The notes: generated by a model not told the origin, from the letters alone. Counted from the first letter of the stretch, positions 31,410 to 42,575 are shown. The stretch is DNA of 64,000 nucleotides from an uncultured delta proteobacterium (GCA_963712115.1 CAVQGX010000030.1:128001-192000), one strand, 5' to 3'. Made by a program: numbers and translations.

Positions 31410-33185
31410 GTGGGTCGAATCAATCGAGAGGTAATTGAAGAGGTCAGAGCCAGTGCCAACATAGTTGATGTGGTGGGCTCTTATGTAGCTCTCCGCAAGA
31501 GGGGCAAGAATTATCTCGGCAATTGTCCATTTCATTCTGAAAAAGAGCCGTCGTTCACTGTGAGTAACGAGAAGCAGATTTTTCACTGCTTCGGCTGTGG
31601 CGCCAGCGGCAGTGTTTTCGATTTCGTCATGCGGACGCGAAATCTCACCTTTGCCGAGGCCGTGAAAGAGTTGGCTAATCGTTTTGGTATTCCTCTACCC
31701 CAGGAAAAAGATACACCTCAGGCAAAGAAGATCCGTGAGATGGCGGAGCGGTTGCGTCAGCTTAATAGCCTGGCAGCCAGTTATTTTAACCGAAGTTTGC
31801 TGGATAGAAGTTCTGGGAAGATAGCCCGAGAATACTTGCGAAGTCGAGGTATGGGCGATGAAACTATCCAGGATTTCCAGCTAGGTTATGCTCCCAAGAG
31901 TTGGGACGGCCTGAAACGCTTTCTTATAAGAGAAAAAGTTGATCTGAAAGTGGCGGCTCAGGCGGGGCTATTGGTGCAGAAATCTGAGGGGGACAGTTAT
32001 GACCGCTTTCGAAACCGGCTGATGTTTCCCATCAAGGATATGAGAGGCCGGACCGTTGGCTTTGGGGGTCGTGCTCTGGATGACAGTATGCCCAAGTACC
32101 TCAACAGTCCTGAAACCCTAATATTCCATAAAGGGCGAACCCTATACGGACTGTCTACAGCGAAGGAGGCGTGCCGAAAAAACAATGAGACTTTGGTGGT
32201 GGAGGGCTATTTCGATCTTCTGGCTCTCTACAACAAGTCTATCCATCAGGTGGTTGCACCTTTGGGCACTGCTCTTACCCTCCACCATGTAAGAATGCTG
32301 AGTCGTCTTGCGCCTCAAGCGGTATTGGTCTTCGACGGAGACGACGCGGGTATGAGGGCTGCCTTGCGCAGCTTGGAGTTTTTCCTCAGAGAAAAACTAC
32401 CGGTTCGGTTTTTGCCCTTACCGGAGGGGATGGATCCCGACGATTTTATAAACAAAGAGGGTAAAGAACCGTTTATGCAACTCCTCAGCGAGGCCAAACC
32501 CTTGATGGAGGTTTTTCTGGAGCAGTCACTTTCAAGCTACGATGGTTCGGTGGAGGGCAGACTGAGGGTAGTCCGCACAGTTACACCTATGCTTAGACTT
32601 TTGGACTCACCCATAGCGCAAGAAGGCTACTTGCGCATTCTGGACCAGCGGTTAGGGGTGAGTGAGGAAGTACTCCGGGCGGAATTGGCCATGACTGGTA
32701 GTCGTAGGCCGTCAACTGCAGTTTCCCCGAAAAGGGAAAAAGAACCGGAACTTCCAGAGTGGGAAGAGGGAATTATTCGTATTTTGGTAAATTACCCCCA
32801 CTGGATCCCGACCCTTAAAGATAGCTCATCCCTAGATAGTTTTCAAAGAAAAGACTGGGCGGAGGTCGGTCGACTCCTTATTAAATACTACCGGGAAGGT
32901 GGAAAACTGGATCTGAGTGGGTTATTAATGGACGTGCAAAATGAACAGATCAGAAATTTGATAAGCAGTTGGTCTTTAGAAACAAGCCCTTGGCGAGAAG
33001 AAGATGCCCATGCTCGTCTTCGGGAGTATTTTGCTGGAATCAGTTCCAGCAGACGTCGGTTACAAGATGATTTGAAAAGACTGAAGGAGGAAATTCAGGC
33101 TGCAGAAGGTCGCCGAGACGAGAAGCTTATGGCAGAGCTCTTGGCGGAGCTTCAGGCTAAGAAGGCAGCCTTGTTGGCTGGCTGA
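31410..33185 (+). CDS. dnaG: DNA primase
   Basis: CPFH..CFGC Zn finger, FGGR, KYLNSPET, EGYFD, FDGDDAG, DPDD. Confidence 0.97.
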   Translation: MGRINREVIEEVRASANIVDVVGSYVALRKRGKNYLGNCPFHSEKEPSFTVSNEKQIFHCFGCGASGSVFDFVMRTRNLTFAEAVKELANRFGIPLPQEKDTPQAKKIREMAERLRQLNSLAASYFNRSLLDRSSGKIAREYLRSRGMGDETIQDFQLGYAPKSWDGLKRFLIREKVDLKVAAQAGLLVQKSEGDSYDRFRNRLMFPIKDMRGRTVGFGGRALDDSMPKYLNSPETLIFHKGRTLYGLSTAKEACRKNNETLVVEGYFDLLALYNKSIHQVVAPLGTALTLHHVRMLSRLAPQAVLVFDGDDAGMRAALRSLEFFLREKLPVRFLPLPEGMDPDDFINKEGKEPFMQLLSEAKPLMEVFLEQSLSSYDGSVEGRLRVVRTVTPMLRLLDSPIAQEGYLRILDQRLGVSEEVLRAELAMTGSRRPSTAVSPKREKEPELPEWEEGIIRILVNYPHWIPTLKDSSSLDSFQRKDWAEVGRLLIKYYREGGKLDLSGLLMDVQNEQIRNLISSWSLETSPWREEDAHARLREYFAGISSSRRRLQDDLKRLKEEIQAAEGRRDEKLMAELLAELQAKKAALLAG

Positions 33186-33226
33186 GTAAACAATAAAGCC
33201 AACCTTTCCAAAGGGGAGATGGTTTG

Positions 33227-34996
33227 ATGGCAAAGAAATCCAATATGGAAGACCTTAGGCGACTTATCTCGATTGGCAAGGAAAAAGGGTATCTTACCTA
33301 TGACGAGGTCAATAGCGCACTTCCCGATGAACTAGTATCTTCGGAGAAGATCGACGACATGATGATGATTTTCGATGAGATGGACATCGAGATCATCGAC
33401 TCTTCCCAAAAGGGAAAGGTTCTCAAGGAAAAGATCGACAAGGATTCCGAGCGCATGGATGATGAGGAAGATACTCTGCCTTTAGAGGAAGACGCTGGTG
33501 GTAGGGTTACGGATCCGGTCAAGATGTATCTCCGCGAGATGGGCATGGTCTGTCTATTGACTAGGGAGGGAGAGGTAGAAATAGCCAAAAGAATAGAGCA
33601 AGGCGAACAGGAAGTAATTGACGCCATTATTGACACTCCCATTGGGGTGAAGGAGATCCTCAATCTGAAGGGGAAAATTGCCCAGGACAAGCTTAGAGTG
33701 CGTGATGTTTTGAAAAATCTGGACGAGGATTTTGAGGAATACTCCAGCGTGGAAGAAGACAGGGAGAAAGAGCAGTTGATAAACTTGCTGGAGGAAGTTC
33801 AGCAGATGTATGAAGAGAATCTGAAATCGGAGGAATTAATCCTTTCAAGAAGCCTCGAGGGTGAAAAGCTGGAAGCTGCCGAGGAATCTGTTCGCGTCAA
33901 TAGGAAGCGTATTGCTGAACTTTTGAAGAACCTCAGATTGGAAAAGCGGCAAGTAGATAGGATTGTCATCAAACTTCGGAGCTGTGTGGAGAGGATTGAA
34001 AAGGGTGAGGTGGAAATTGAGCGATGTATGCTTCGCACTGGAAAACCAGTTCAAGAACTGCGTCGGTTATTCCGACACGTAAAAAACAATCCTGATTCTC
34101 TGGGTCAGGTTGCCAAGGAGCTCGGCCTCAAGCCGGATGACTTTCTTGAAATGGAAAAGACCATCAAGAATGGCCGGCGTCGCATCCGACGAATTGGACA
34201 AGAGGCCAAGATGGACGTACGCACCTTGAAACAGATCATGCGGCAGGTAGATGTCGGTGAGGCCAAGGCCAAAGAGGCAAAAAGGGAGCTGGTGGAGGCC
34301 AACCTTCGGCTGGTGGTAAGTATAGCAAAGAAATACACTAACAGAGGGCTGCAGTTCCTAGACCTAATTCAAGAAGGCAACATTGGTTTGATGAAAGCAG
34401 TGGACAAGTTTGAGTATCAGCGTGGCTATAAATTCAGCACTTACGCCACTTGGTGGATTCGCCAGGCGATTACTAGGGCCATTGCTGATCAGGCCAGGAC
34501 AATACGCATTCCCGTGCACATGATCGAGACCATCAACAAGCTCATCCGAACTTCAAGATACCTTGTTCAGGAACTAGGAAGGGAACCAACACCTGAGGAA
34601 ATAGCTGATAAGATGGAATTTCCGTTAGAAAAGGTGAGAAAGGTTCTTAAGATTGCCAAGGAACCCATTTCCCTTGAGACCCCGATAGGCGAGGAAGAGG
34701 ACAGTCATCTGGGTGATTTCATAGAAGACAAAAAGGTAACGTCGCCGGTGGATGCAGTTATAAACCTTAATCTATCTGAACAAACACGCAAGGTCCTCTC
34801 CACCCTGACACCTAGGGAGGAAAAGGTACTCCGCATGCGGTTCGGCATAGGAGAAAAGGCGGATCATACCTTGGAGGAGGTGGGGCAAGATTTTGCCGTT
34901 ACCAGGGAGCGCATACGCCAGATTGAGGCCAAAGCCTTGCGAAAACTTCGACATCCAAGCCGGCGGAAGAAGCTCAAAAGCTTTATTGATAGCTAA
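33227..34996 (+). CDS. rpoD: RNA polymerase primary sigma factor
   Basis: [53 protein letters not shown]. Confidence 0.98.
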   Translation: MAKKSNMEDLRRLISIGKEKGYLTYDEVNSALPDELVSSEKIDDMMMIFDEMDIEIIDSSQKGKVLKEKIDKDSERMDDEEDTLPLEEDAGGRVTDPVKMYLREMGMVCLLTREGEVEIAKRIEQGEQEVIDAIIDTPIGVKEILNLKGKIAQDKLRVRDVLKNLDEDFEEYSSVEEDREKEQLINLLEEVQQMYEENLKSEELILSRSLEGEKLEAAEESVRVNRKRIAELLKNLRLEKRQVDRIVIKLRSCVERIEKGEVEIERCMLRTGKPVQELRRLFRHVKNNPDSLGQVAKELGLKPDDFLEMEKTIKNGRRRIRRIGQEAKMDVRTLKQIMRQVDVGEAKAKEAKRELVEANLRLVVSIAKKYTNRGLQFLDLIQEGNIGLMKAVDKFEYQRGYKFSTYATWWIRQAITRAIADQARTIRIPVHMIETINKLIRTSRYLVQELGREPTPEEIADKMEFPLEKVRKVLKIAKEPISLETPIGEEEDSHLGDFIEDKKVTSPVDAVINLNLSEQTRKVLSTLTPREEKVLRMRFGIGEKADHTLEEVGQDFAVTRERIRQIEAKALRKLRHPSRRKKLKSFIDS

Positions 34997-35156
34997 CCAA
35001 GACCATTGAATGTCGAACATCGAACCAGGAACCGCAGAATTATGAAATGCTCACTTCGATCCGCCTGAGGCATATTCAATATTTTGCGTTTTAAAATAGG
35101 ATGGAAAGCGTAGTAGGATGGCTCCATTCTGCATTGAATGAACGGGGATATTTCCC

Positions 35157-35185
35157 TTGACAAAGCAGATTCCGGCCAATATAAA
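35157..35185 (+). promoter_or_regulatory. Sigma70 promoter for the tRNA
   Basis: TTGACA-N17-TATAAA about 50 nt upstream of the tRNA. Confidence 0.7.
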
Positions 35186-35234
35186 GACAAAATTCTACTT
35201 AATGCTATGCGTTATGGGAATTGTGAGAAGAAAC

Positions 35235-35310
35235 GGGCCCATAGCTCAGCTGGCAGAGCCACCGGCTCATAACCGGTCGGTCCCTGGTTCGAATCCAGGT
35301 GGGCCCACCA
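35235..35310 (+). tRNA. tRNA-Ile2 (anticodon CAT, lysidine type)
   Basis: 76-nt cloverleaf, GGGCCCA/TGGGCCC acceptor, CAT anticodon, encoded CCA; downstream of rpoD as is typical for Ile2; lacks initiator features. Confidence 0.88.
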
Positions 35311-35321
35311 ACTAATGTGGC

Positions 35322-35502
35322 ATGAAGATTGGAGTCTATTACATAAGGCAACCCGTGGAGAGGGGAAAAATGTCTCTCTCCGGGGGACAAGGATCGGTCT
35401 GGCAATGGAAGACCGAGATTCCGAGGGACTCGGGAAAAAGGGTGCGGCAAATAGGCTGCACCCTTTTTTTATGGCAGGGCTAGAACCTAGTCTTACGGGT
35501 GT
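35322..35502 (+). pseudogene. Possible relic of a Nif3/YbgI-family gene
   Basis: Fragments MKIG, GDK/IGLAMEDRDSE and MAGLEPSL resemble the Nif3 N-terminus WDN.GL..GD....V..ILVALDP; expected position before the zinc-ribbon gene. Confidence 0.35.
35435..35470. terminator. Bidirectional-type intrinsic terminator
   Basis: AAAAAGGGTGCGGC-aaatag-GCTGCACCCTTTTTTT. Confidence 0.8.
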
Positions 35503-35659
35503 TACAAGATCAAGACTAAGAAATTATTGGAGTACTGGAGGAATTTGATTGCGGATTTCGGAAGTAATAAAGGTTCTATGATTTGTATTTTATTACTTAT
35601 AATCGGAAATCTGAAATCTAAAATGGTTATTACTCCATTCAATAATAGGGAGGAATACC

Positions 35660-36409
35660 TTGCAAAATACTTTAAAACTTCTCATTGAGCTTCAAGAGAT
35701 CGAAAAAAAGGTCAGGGCCCTTGCAGAGCAAAAGGCTCGCGCTCCCGTACAGATTGCAATGATGAAAGAGGAAGAAAATAAGGCGGGAGGGAGAGTGGAA
35801 GAAAAACAGGAAATGCTCAAATCGGCTCAGAGATTGCGAAAGGAACTGGAGCGTGAGGTCGAGGACCTCGAGAGGCGGCAAAACAAGAGCAAGCAGAGGC
35901 TTCTGGAGGTTAAGAGTAATAAGGAATATCAGGCCATCCTGAAAGAAATCGACGACATCGAAGATCTTATCCGAAGGCGGGAAGACCAAATAATTGAACA
36001 GATGGAAGTGGCCGAATCTCTGGCGGAAGAAATTCGGGAGCACGAACGCTTGCTGTCAGAGGCCCATAAGAGGCTAGAACAGGAAGGTGCTCAGCTAGAA
36101 AAGGAGGCGGCGAAGGCGGATACGCTGATTGCCAGCCTTGAGGAACAGAAGGAACGCCTCAAGCCGCAGATCCCTGCAGCAATGTGGCAAAAATATCAAT
36201 TGTTGAGTGCCAACCGAGGAGGGATTGCTCTGGCGCCAGTCAACCAGTGCACATGCCAGGTATGCCACATGAACCTGCCCCCCCAGATTTTTATCGATCT
36301 GCAGAAAAATGAAAAGATGATGCACTGCCCAAATTGCCAACGGATTATCTACTGGGTGGGTCACGAAGCTTATAAACAGTCGTGCCAGGTCCCGGGAGAG
36401 CCAGAGTAA
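35660..36409 (+). CDS. Coiled-coil plus C4 zinc-ribbon protein (DUF164/CT398-like)
   Basis: KSNKEYQAILKEI, CQVCHMNLPPQ, CPNCQRII. Confidence 0.92.
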   Translation: MQNTLKLLIELQEIEKKVRALAEQKARAPVQIAMMKEEENKAGGRVEEKQEMLKSAQRLRKELEREVEDLERRQNKSKQRLLEVKSNKEYQAILKEIDDIEDLIRRREDQIIEQMEVAESLAEEIREHERLLSEAHKRLEQEGAQLEKEAAKADTLIASLEEQKERLKPQIPAAMWQKYQLLSANRGGIALAPVNQCTCQVCHMNLPPQIFIDLQKNEKMMHCPNCQRIIYWVGHEAYKQSCQVPGEPE

Positions 36410-37060
36410 ATGGATCTGCAAAACCCGGTTGACCGTCACAGATTAAGCCGTCTTCTAGAACTGCTGGGTAAGCGGTTGAGTGGTGAATTGCTCGGAGCGG
36501 AGTTTGCAGATCTCAGCCGAGAAGATTTGCGAGCTCTCTTTGATCAACTAGCTGCACATATGCGTCGCTGCAGTGAATGGACGGATGCTGCCAGCACTAA
36601 GCAGGACGTACCCAGAATGAGCGGATCACTCTATTGTGATGGAGCCTCGAGGGGCAATCCAGGACCGTCCGGGGCTGGGGTAGTAATTTTGGATAAAAAT
36701 GGAGAGCAGATTTTCGAATTGAGTCGTTTTCTCGATAATGCCACCAACAATGAAGCAGAGTACAAAGCGCTCATAAGAGGACTGAGCGCGGCTGCGGATG
36801 TTGGCATAAAGCGGGTGCAGATTTTTTTGGATTCTGAACTGGTGGTGAACCAACTACTTGGGACATACAAGGTTCGCAATCCTCGCTTGCTCCAATTGTT
36901 TGAGGAAGCAACGTCCAGATTGCGGCTGTTTGACGAATATGCTATTTTTCATATAGGTCGCGAATTGAATCAAAAAGCAGATCGACTGGCCAATGAGGCC
37001 ATAGATCGTGGTCTGCGGGGGGGAGATAGAGAAACGTATCGTTTGAAGGAGAGAGAATAG
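36410..37060 (+). CDS. rnhA: Ribonuclease HI-family protein with N-terminal extension
   Basis: DGASRGNPGPSG, TNNEAEY, DSELVVNQ, ADRLAN. Confidence 0.88.
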   Translation: MDLQNPVDRHRLSRLLELLGKRLSGELLGAEFADLSREDLRALFDQLAAHMRRCSEWTDAASTKQDVPRMSGSLYCDGASRGNPGPSGAGVVILDKNGEQIFELSRFLDNATNNEAEYKALIRGLSAAADVGIKRVQIFLDSELVVNQLLGTYKVRNPRLLQLFEEATSRLRLFDEYAIFHIGRELNQKADRLANEAIDRGLRGGDRETYRLKERE

Positions 37061-37451
37061 AGTAGGTCAAATGATCGCTGCTCCGCTCCTGCCGCTTTGC
37101 GGCAGACGGGGGAGAGGAAAGTCCGAGCTCCAAAGGGCAAGGTGCTGGGTAACGCCCAGTCCCGGTGACGGGCAGGAAAGTGCCACAGAAAGTAAACCGC
37201 CGGGGGAAACCTTTGTTTCCCGCGGTAAGGGTGAAAGGGTGAGGTAAGAGCTCACCAGCTCCAGTGGTGACATTGGAGGCTAGGTAAACCCCACCTGGAG
37301 CAAGACCGAATAGGAGAGCGCCAAGGGTGGCCCGTCCGAGCTCTCGGGTAGGTCGCGTGAGGCCTCGAGTAATCGGGGCCCTAGATGAATGATCATTGTC
37401 CCTCGGGGAGTGATCTCCGAGGGGTACAGAACTCGGCTTATTACCTGCTCT
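37059..37451 (+). ncRNA. rnpB: RNase P RNA (type A)
   Basis: GAGGAAAGTCCGAGCTC, GGAAAGTGCCACAGAAA, GGTAAACCCC, ACAGAACTCGGCTTA; P1 AGAGTAGGT/ACCTGCTCT; T-run follows. Confidence 0.96.
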
Positions 37452-37527
37452 ACTCTCCCTTTTTTTATTTGGGAATCCTCGTACCCCTTCAAATTAGTCC
37501 CCATCGTTCTCTAACCGTCTATAAGTC

Positions 37528-38226
37528 ATGCGTGTTGTTGCCATAATTCCAGCTGCAGGTGCAGGGCGGCGCATGGGAAGCGTCGTCGAAAAGCAGTTTT
37601 TACATTTAAGGGGAATTCCCATCCTCGCCCGCACACTAAGAGTGTTTGATCAGAGCCCAGAGGTTGATGGGATAGTGCTGGTGGTGGCTTCTCAGCAGCG
37701 CCAAGCCTTGGAGAGTGAGGTTCTTGGCCCGCATCCTTGTGAAAAGCTGCTTCGAGTTATAGATGGAGGACCTGAGCGACAAGATAGTGTGGCCAATGGA
37801 CTGCGAACCATTCCGCTCGAGTGTGATTTGGTGGTGGTTCACGATGGCGTACGACCCCTGGTGAGTGTTGACCTACTGGGGGCGGTGCTGGAGGCGGCCC
37901 ATCATCATGGGGCAGCAATAGCAGCCATACCTGCGGGCGACACAGTAAAACAGACAGAGAATCAAAAGGTGGTTGCCACCTTGGAGCGTGAGACCATTTG
38001 GTTAGCACAGACGCCCCAGGCTTTTCATGCCAATCTTTTGCGAAGGGCTTACGAGAAGGCTGCTAGGGATCGGGTAGTTTTGACAGATGATGCTGCGCTG
38101 GTGGAACGAATTGGAGCGGCTGTGCATCTGGTCCGCGGCTCCCCAGAGAATATCAAGGTCACCACCCCATTCGACTTGGTGGTGGCGGAAGCCATTCTTG
38201 CAGGGCGCGAAGCGCAAAGAGCATAG
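37528..38226 (+). CDS. ispD: MEP cytidylyltransferase
   Basis: PAAGAGRRM, RQDSV, HDGVRP, QTPQAF, TDDA, NIKVTTP. Confidence 0.97.
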   Translation: MRVVAIIPAAGAGRRMGSVVEKQFLHLRGIPILARTLRVFDQSPEVDGIVLVVASQQRQALESEVLGPHPCEKLLRVIDGGPERQDSVANGLRTIPLECDLVVVHDGVRPLVSVDLLGAVLEAAHHHGAAIAAIPAGDTVKQTENQKVVATLERETIWLAQTPQAFHANLLRRAYEKAARDRVVLTDDAALVERIGAAVHLVRGSPENIKVTTPFDLVVAEAILAGREAQRA

Positions 38227-38283
38227 CGCAGAGCGTGTTACTCTTAACTTTAAACTTTGAACTTTGGACTTGGAACTTAGAAC

Positions 38284-38772
38284 ATGATCCGGATAGGGTT
38301 TGGTTATGATGCGCATCGCTTGGTGGTTGGCAGAGCTTTGATTCTCGGCGGAGTGAAGATCCCATACGACCTTGGCTTGCAGGGTCACTCTGACGCTGAC
38401 GTCTTAATCCATGCTGCCTGTGACGCACTGCTCGGCGCTGCGGGGCTGGGGGATTTGGGGAGTCACTTTCCAGATACGGATCCTGAGTTGGAGGGAGTGT
38501 CCAGTGTCGCAATCCTTAAAAGAGTTGCGGGCATGGTGCGGAATGGAGGCTTTGAGTTGCAGAATTTGGACACCACAGTGGTAGCTGAGGCACCGAAACT
38601 GGCTCCATACATTGAGACGATGATTGCAACAATTGCTGACGCCCTGGAGGTGAACCCCAGGCAAGTGAGCGTAAAGGCCACGACCACTGAAGGCATGGGC
38701 TTCACCGGGAGAGGTGAGGGCATGGCCGCCTACGCGGTGGCTGCTCTCACGGTAGGTCAGGGTAATGGGTGA
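38284..38772 (+). CDS. ispF: MECDP synthase
   Basis: RIGFGYDAH, GHSDADV, VKATTTE. Confidence 0.97.
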   Translation: MIRIGFGYDAHRLVVGRALILGGVKIPYDLGLQGHSDADVLIHAACDALLGAAGLGDLGSHFPDTDPELEGVSSVAILKRVAGMVRNGGFELQNLDTTVVAEAPKLAPYIETMIATIADALEVNPRQVSVKATTTEGMGFTGRGEGMAAYAVAALTVGQGNG

Positions 38773-38855
38773 TAGGTCATAGGTCAAAGGTTATAGGTTG
38801 ATACCCATCACCCATAACCCATAATCTATAACCTTTGACCTGACGATTTGACTAA
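38752..38855. repeat. GGTNATA/TATNACC heptamer inverted pair overlapping the ispF 3' end
   Basis: ggtaatgggtgataggtcataggtcaaaggttatagg / cccatcacccataacccataatctataacctttgacc. Confidence 0.9.
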
Positions 38856-38903
38856 TATTACAAATAATCTGAGCTGATAGAAAGGCCCAAGGGATTTGAG
38901 ACT

Positions 38904-40394
38904 ATGACCATCCGGATTTACAACACCTTGAGCAGCCAGAAGGAACCTTTTGAACCCTTACAGCCGGGTCGTGTATACATGTATGTCTGTGGGATCACCG
39001 CCTATGATCTCTGCCATGTTGGACACGCCCGATCAGCCATTGTCTTCGATGTGATCTACCGCTATCTGCAATATCGGGGATTCGATGTGGTTTGCGTGCG
39101 GAATTTTACTGACGTTGATGACAAGATTATCAAGCGGGCTCAAGAAGAGGGCACCGACTCGCACGCCATCGCCGAACGTTACATAGAGGCCTTTCATGCA
39201 GACATGGACCAGTTGGGTGTGGCGAGGCCGAGCTATGAACCGCGGGCAACCCAGTTTATCCCCGAGATGATAGAGCTCATCGAGATTTTAATAGAAAAGG
39301 GATACGCTTATCAGGTCGACGGTGATGTTTACTTCGCAGTGGAAAAATTCTCGGGCTATGGAAAGCTTTCTAAACGCAAGCTGGATGAGATGATTGCCGG
39401 GGCTCGAGTTGCAGTGGAGCCCGGCAAAAAGAATCCCATGGATTTTGCTCTGTGGAAAGCAAGCAAACCAGGGGAGCCGGCATGGCCAAGTCCTTGGGGA
39501 GAAGGACGTCCGGGCTGGCACATAGAATGTTCTGCCATGAGCACCAAATATTTGGGCAGCACTTTTGATATTCACGGAGGAGGCAAAGACCTCATTTTCC
39601 CCCACCATGAAAACGAGATTGCCCAATCTGAAGCAGCCTTTGGAAAAATCTTTGCTAGATACTGGGTACACAATGGTTTCGTTAACATTAACCAGGAAAA
39701 GATGTCGAAGTCTCTGGGCAATTTCTTCACCATTCGGGAGGTATATGAACGTTATCAACCAGAGGTCCTCCGTTTGTTTCTTCTCGCGAGCCATTACCGA
39801 AGTCCGGTGGATTTTTCCCCCGAAAGCATGGCTGAGGCAGAAAGAGGTCTCGAGAGGTTTTATCACACCATAGAACAGGTGAGTGAACTTGTAGGAGACC
39901 TTCCCAGCTCAGCACAGTTACCTACTATTGAGGACCCTGAATTCAGCAGCTTGCGGAATAAAATCGATAGTATCCCGACAAGATTTCAGGATGATATGGA
40001 TGACGATTTCAACACTGCAGCAGCACTGGGACAGCTGTTTGATTTGTGCAGGGCTCTGAATCGTTTTCAAGACAGCCGATCGCGGAAGCCAACTGCTGAG
40101 GAGAAAAAGCTGCTTGCGCAGGGAGTCCACCGCTTACGTGAATGTGCTAACGTTCTGGGTCTTTTGCAGCGGTCACCCGAAGAATTCTTCCGAGAGCACA
40201 GGCGGATGACGCTGGCGATACTGGGTATCGGCCAGGAAGAGGTCGAAGGGCTGATCGCAGAAAGAGCCCTGGCGAGGAAAGAGAAAAACTGGGCTCGTGC
40301 AGATGAGATAAGGGACAAGCTGGCCGAGATGTCCATTATCTTGGAAGATAAGCCTGAGGGCACGCGCTGGCGGGTCAAGACGGCCAGCGCCTAA
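38904..40394 (+). CDS. cysS: Cysteine--tRNA ligase
   Basis: YVCG, HVGH, GRPGWHIECS, FPHHENE, KMSKS. Confidence 0.98.
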   Translation: MTIRIYNTLSSQKEPFEPLQPGRVYMYVCGITAYDLCHVGHARSAIVFDVIYRYLQYRGFDVVCVRNFTDVDDKIIKRAQEEGTDSHAIAERYIEAFHADMDQLGVARPSYEPRATQFIPEMIELIEILIEKGYAYQVDGDVYFAVEKFSGYGKLSKRKLDEMIAGARVAVEPGKKNPMDFALWKASKPGEPAWPSPWGEGRPGWHIECSAMSTKYLGSTFDIHGGGKDLIFPHHENEIAQSEAAFGKIFARYWVHNGFVNINQEKMSKSLGNFFTIREVYERYQPEVLRLFLLASHYRSPVDFSPESMAEAERGLERFYHTIEQVSELVGDLPSSAQLPTIEDPEFSSLRNKIDSIPTRFQDDMDDDFNTAAALGQLFDLCRALNRFQDSRSRKPTAEEKKLLAQGVHRLRECANVLGLLQRSPEEFFREHRRMTLAILGIGQEEVEGLIAERALARKEKNWARADEIRDKLAEMSIILEDKPEGTRWRVKTASA

Positions 40395-40399
40395 GGTTA

Positions 40400-40572
40400 A
40401 TTTGTCAATTAGTTGATAGGCCAATACGTGAAAGGCGTTGAAATCGTTAACCACAGAGGTCAGAAGTCGGAGATCAGAGATCAGCCTTACCCCTGACCTC
40501 CGACATCTGATCTCTGACCTCTTAGGTCTATCTGCTGCCTGCTGCTAGCTTTCTGCTGCTTGCTGACCCCTG
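40400..40572. repeat. Mosaic repeat oriented with minus-strand glnS
   Basis: Same module order as plus-strand spacers when read on the minus strand; 40452-40485 identical to 50289-50322. Confidence 0.88.
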
Positions 40573-42266
40573 CCTTCCTTCATCTTCTTCTCAATCTTGG
40601 CCCAGGTGTCGCGTAAAGTCACCGTCCGATTAAATACCAACTTATTATCGGAAGAATCCGGGTCAAGGCAGAAGTATCCGAGTCTTTCAAACTGATAGCG
40701 ACTTCTTGGGGTGGCGCCAGCTAAGGAGGGCTCCAGACGACAATATTGCAAGCTCTCGAAAGAGTTCGGATTCACATTGCTTTTGAAGTCGCTGCCGTCC
40801 TCGACTTCTTCGGGGTTCGGCTTTAGGAAGAGATGATCGTATAACCGCACTTCCGCCTCGATGGCGTGGGCAGCTGAAACCCAGTGCAAAGTCCCCCTTA
40901 CTTTGCGCCCGTCCGGTGACCAGCCGCCTTTTGTGGCGGGATCATAGGTGCAGTGGAGCTCAACCACCTCACCGGTTTTTTTATCCTTCACCACATTTAC
41001 ACAGGTAATGTAGTAGCCATAGCGTAGCCTTATTTCACGCCCGGGGGCCAGACGAAACCACTTTTTCGGGGCATCTTCTCGAAAGTCATCCCGTTCCACG
41101 TATAGGACTCGGGAAAAGGGAACCATGCGTGTTCCCATGGTGGGGTCTTCAGGATTGTTTATAGCCTCCAGTTCCTCCACCTTGTCTTCAGGATAATTCT
41201 CAATTACCACCCGGAGGGGCCGTAAAACACCCATTACGCGAGGAGCGTGTCTATTCAAATCTTCCCGAATGCACCACTCGAGCAACTTTATATCGACCAT
41301 ACTGTCTTTTTTTGCCACCCCAATACGTTCAGAAAAATCTTTAATTGCCTCAGGCGTATATCCCCTTCTACGGAGACCGGATATAGTCGGCATCCGAGGA
41401 TCGTCCCACCCACGGACATACCCCTCTTCCACCAGCCGTAGCAGTTTTCTTTTGCTCATAACGGTGTGGGTCAAATTCAGGCGTGCGAACTCTATCTGTT
41501 GCGGTTGATAGACACCTAGCTCCTTGAGGAACCAGTCGTATAGGGGGCGATGGTCTTCAAATTCCAGCGTACAAATTGAATGGGTGATTCCTTCAATAGA
41601 ATCGCAGAGACCGTGCGCCCAGTCATACATAGGGTAGATACACCATTTATCGCCCGTCCGATGATGCTCAGCATGCAGGATTCGGTACATTACCGGGTCC
41701 CGCAAGTTCAGATTGCCCGAGGCCATGTCGATTTTTGCCCGGAGCACATGAGTGCCGTCTTGAAACTCACCCGCTCGCATAGCTTGAAAAAGACCTAGGT
41801 TCTCCTCAATTGAGCGGTTCCGGTATGGGCTCTCCTTACCGGGTTCTGTCAGGGTTCCGCGGTATTCCTTGATCTCTTCCGCGCTCAAGCTGTCCACGTA
41901 AGCCTTGCCTTTCTTAATGAGCTGTACTGCGTAATCGTACAACTGCTCAAAGTAGTCGGAGGCGTAGTAAAGGCGGTCGTCCCAATCGAACCCTAGCCAG
42001 CGGACATCTTCTTTGATTGACTCCACATATTCGACTTCTTCTTTAGTAGGGTTGGTGTCATCAAAGCGCAGATTGCAGAGGCCACCATAACTTTCGGCGA
42101 GGCCAAAGTTGAGACAAATGGATTTGGCATGTCCAATATGCAAGTAGCCATTCGGCTCGGGAGGAAAGCGGGTCATTACTCGACCATCGTATTTGTTTGT
42201 TTTAAGGTCCTCCTCGATGTTTCTTTTAATGAAATGGGTAGGAGGGGCAGGATCCGTTAAAGCCAT
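40545..42266 (-). CDS. glnS: Glutamine--tRNA ligase
   Basis: [41 protein letters not shown]. Confidence 0.97.
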   Translation of the reverse strand: MALTDPAPPTHFIKRNIEEDLKTNKYDGRVMTRFPPEPNGYLHIGHAKSICLNFGLAESYGGLCNLRFDDTNPTKEEVEYVESIKEDVRWLGFDWDDRLYYASDYFEQLYDYAVQLIKKGKAYVDSLSAEEIKEYRGTLTEPGKESPYRNRSIEENLGLFQAMRAGEFQDGTHVLRAKIDMASGNLNLRDPVMYRILHAEHHRTGDKWCIYPMYDWAHGLCDSIEGITHSICTLEFEDHRPLYDWFLKELGVYQPQQIEFARLNLTHTVMSKRKLLRLVEEGYVRGWDDPRMPTISGLRRRGYTPEAIKDFSERIGVAKKDSMVDIKLLEWCIREDLNRHAPRVMGVLRPLRVVIENYPEDKVEELEAINNPEDPTMGTRMVPFSRVLYVERDDFREDAPKKWFRLAPGREIRLRYGYYITCVNVVKDKKTGEVVELHCTYDPATKGGWSPDGRKVRGTLHWVSAAHAIEAEVRLYDHLFLKPNPEEVEDGSDFKSNVNPNSFESLQYCRLEPSLAGATPRSRYQFERLGYFCLDPDSSDNKLVFNRTVTLRDTWAKIEKKMKEGRGQQAAES

Positions 42267-42575
42267 AATCGCGGCTCCTTTCGCTTTCTCAATTTAATAT
42301 TAATATTAATATGACAAACAAGTTATTATATTTCTCCGTGGCATACTATTCAATGGATAAAAGGAGTAGGCGGCAGGTCTTGCCACCGTCTTCACCAAGT
42401 CCTATAATTTCCATTCCCATCAAAGGTTTTTGTAGGAGAAAGCTCTGCTTGCGACAATATGGATAATAGGTGATAGGTTAGAGGTTATTGGTGATGGATG
42501 AACCCGTGTTTCTAGCCTATGACCTATAACCCCTAATCTGCGTCAGCCGATTATTGAGGAGACGGTGTAGTCGGA

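Noticed and set aside
35235-35310. tRNA-Met assignment
   Set aside because: Paired G1-C72, no GGG/CCC anticodon stem, and the acceptor sequence and position after rpoD favour Ile2; a covariance-model isotype score would settle it
35345-35430. c-di-GMP-I riboswitch-like sequence (GGCAACCC...GGGAC)
   Set aside because: It lacks the GCAAAG junction and P3 receptor; a decayed coding relic explains it at least as well
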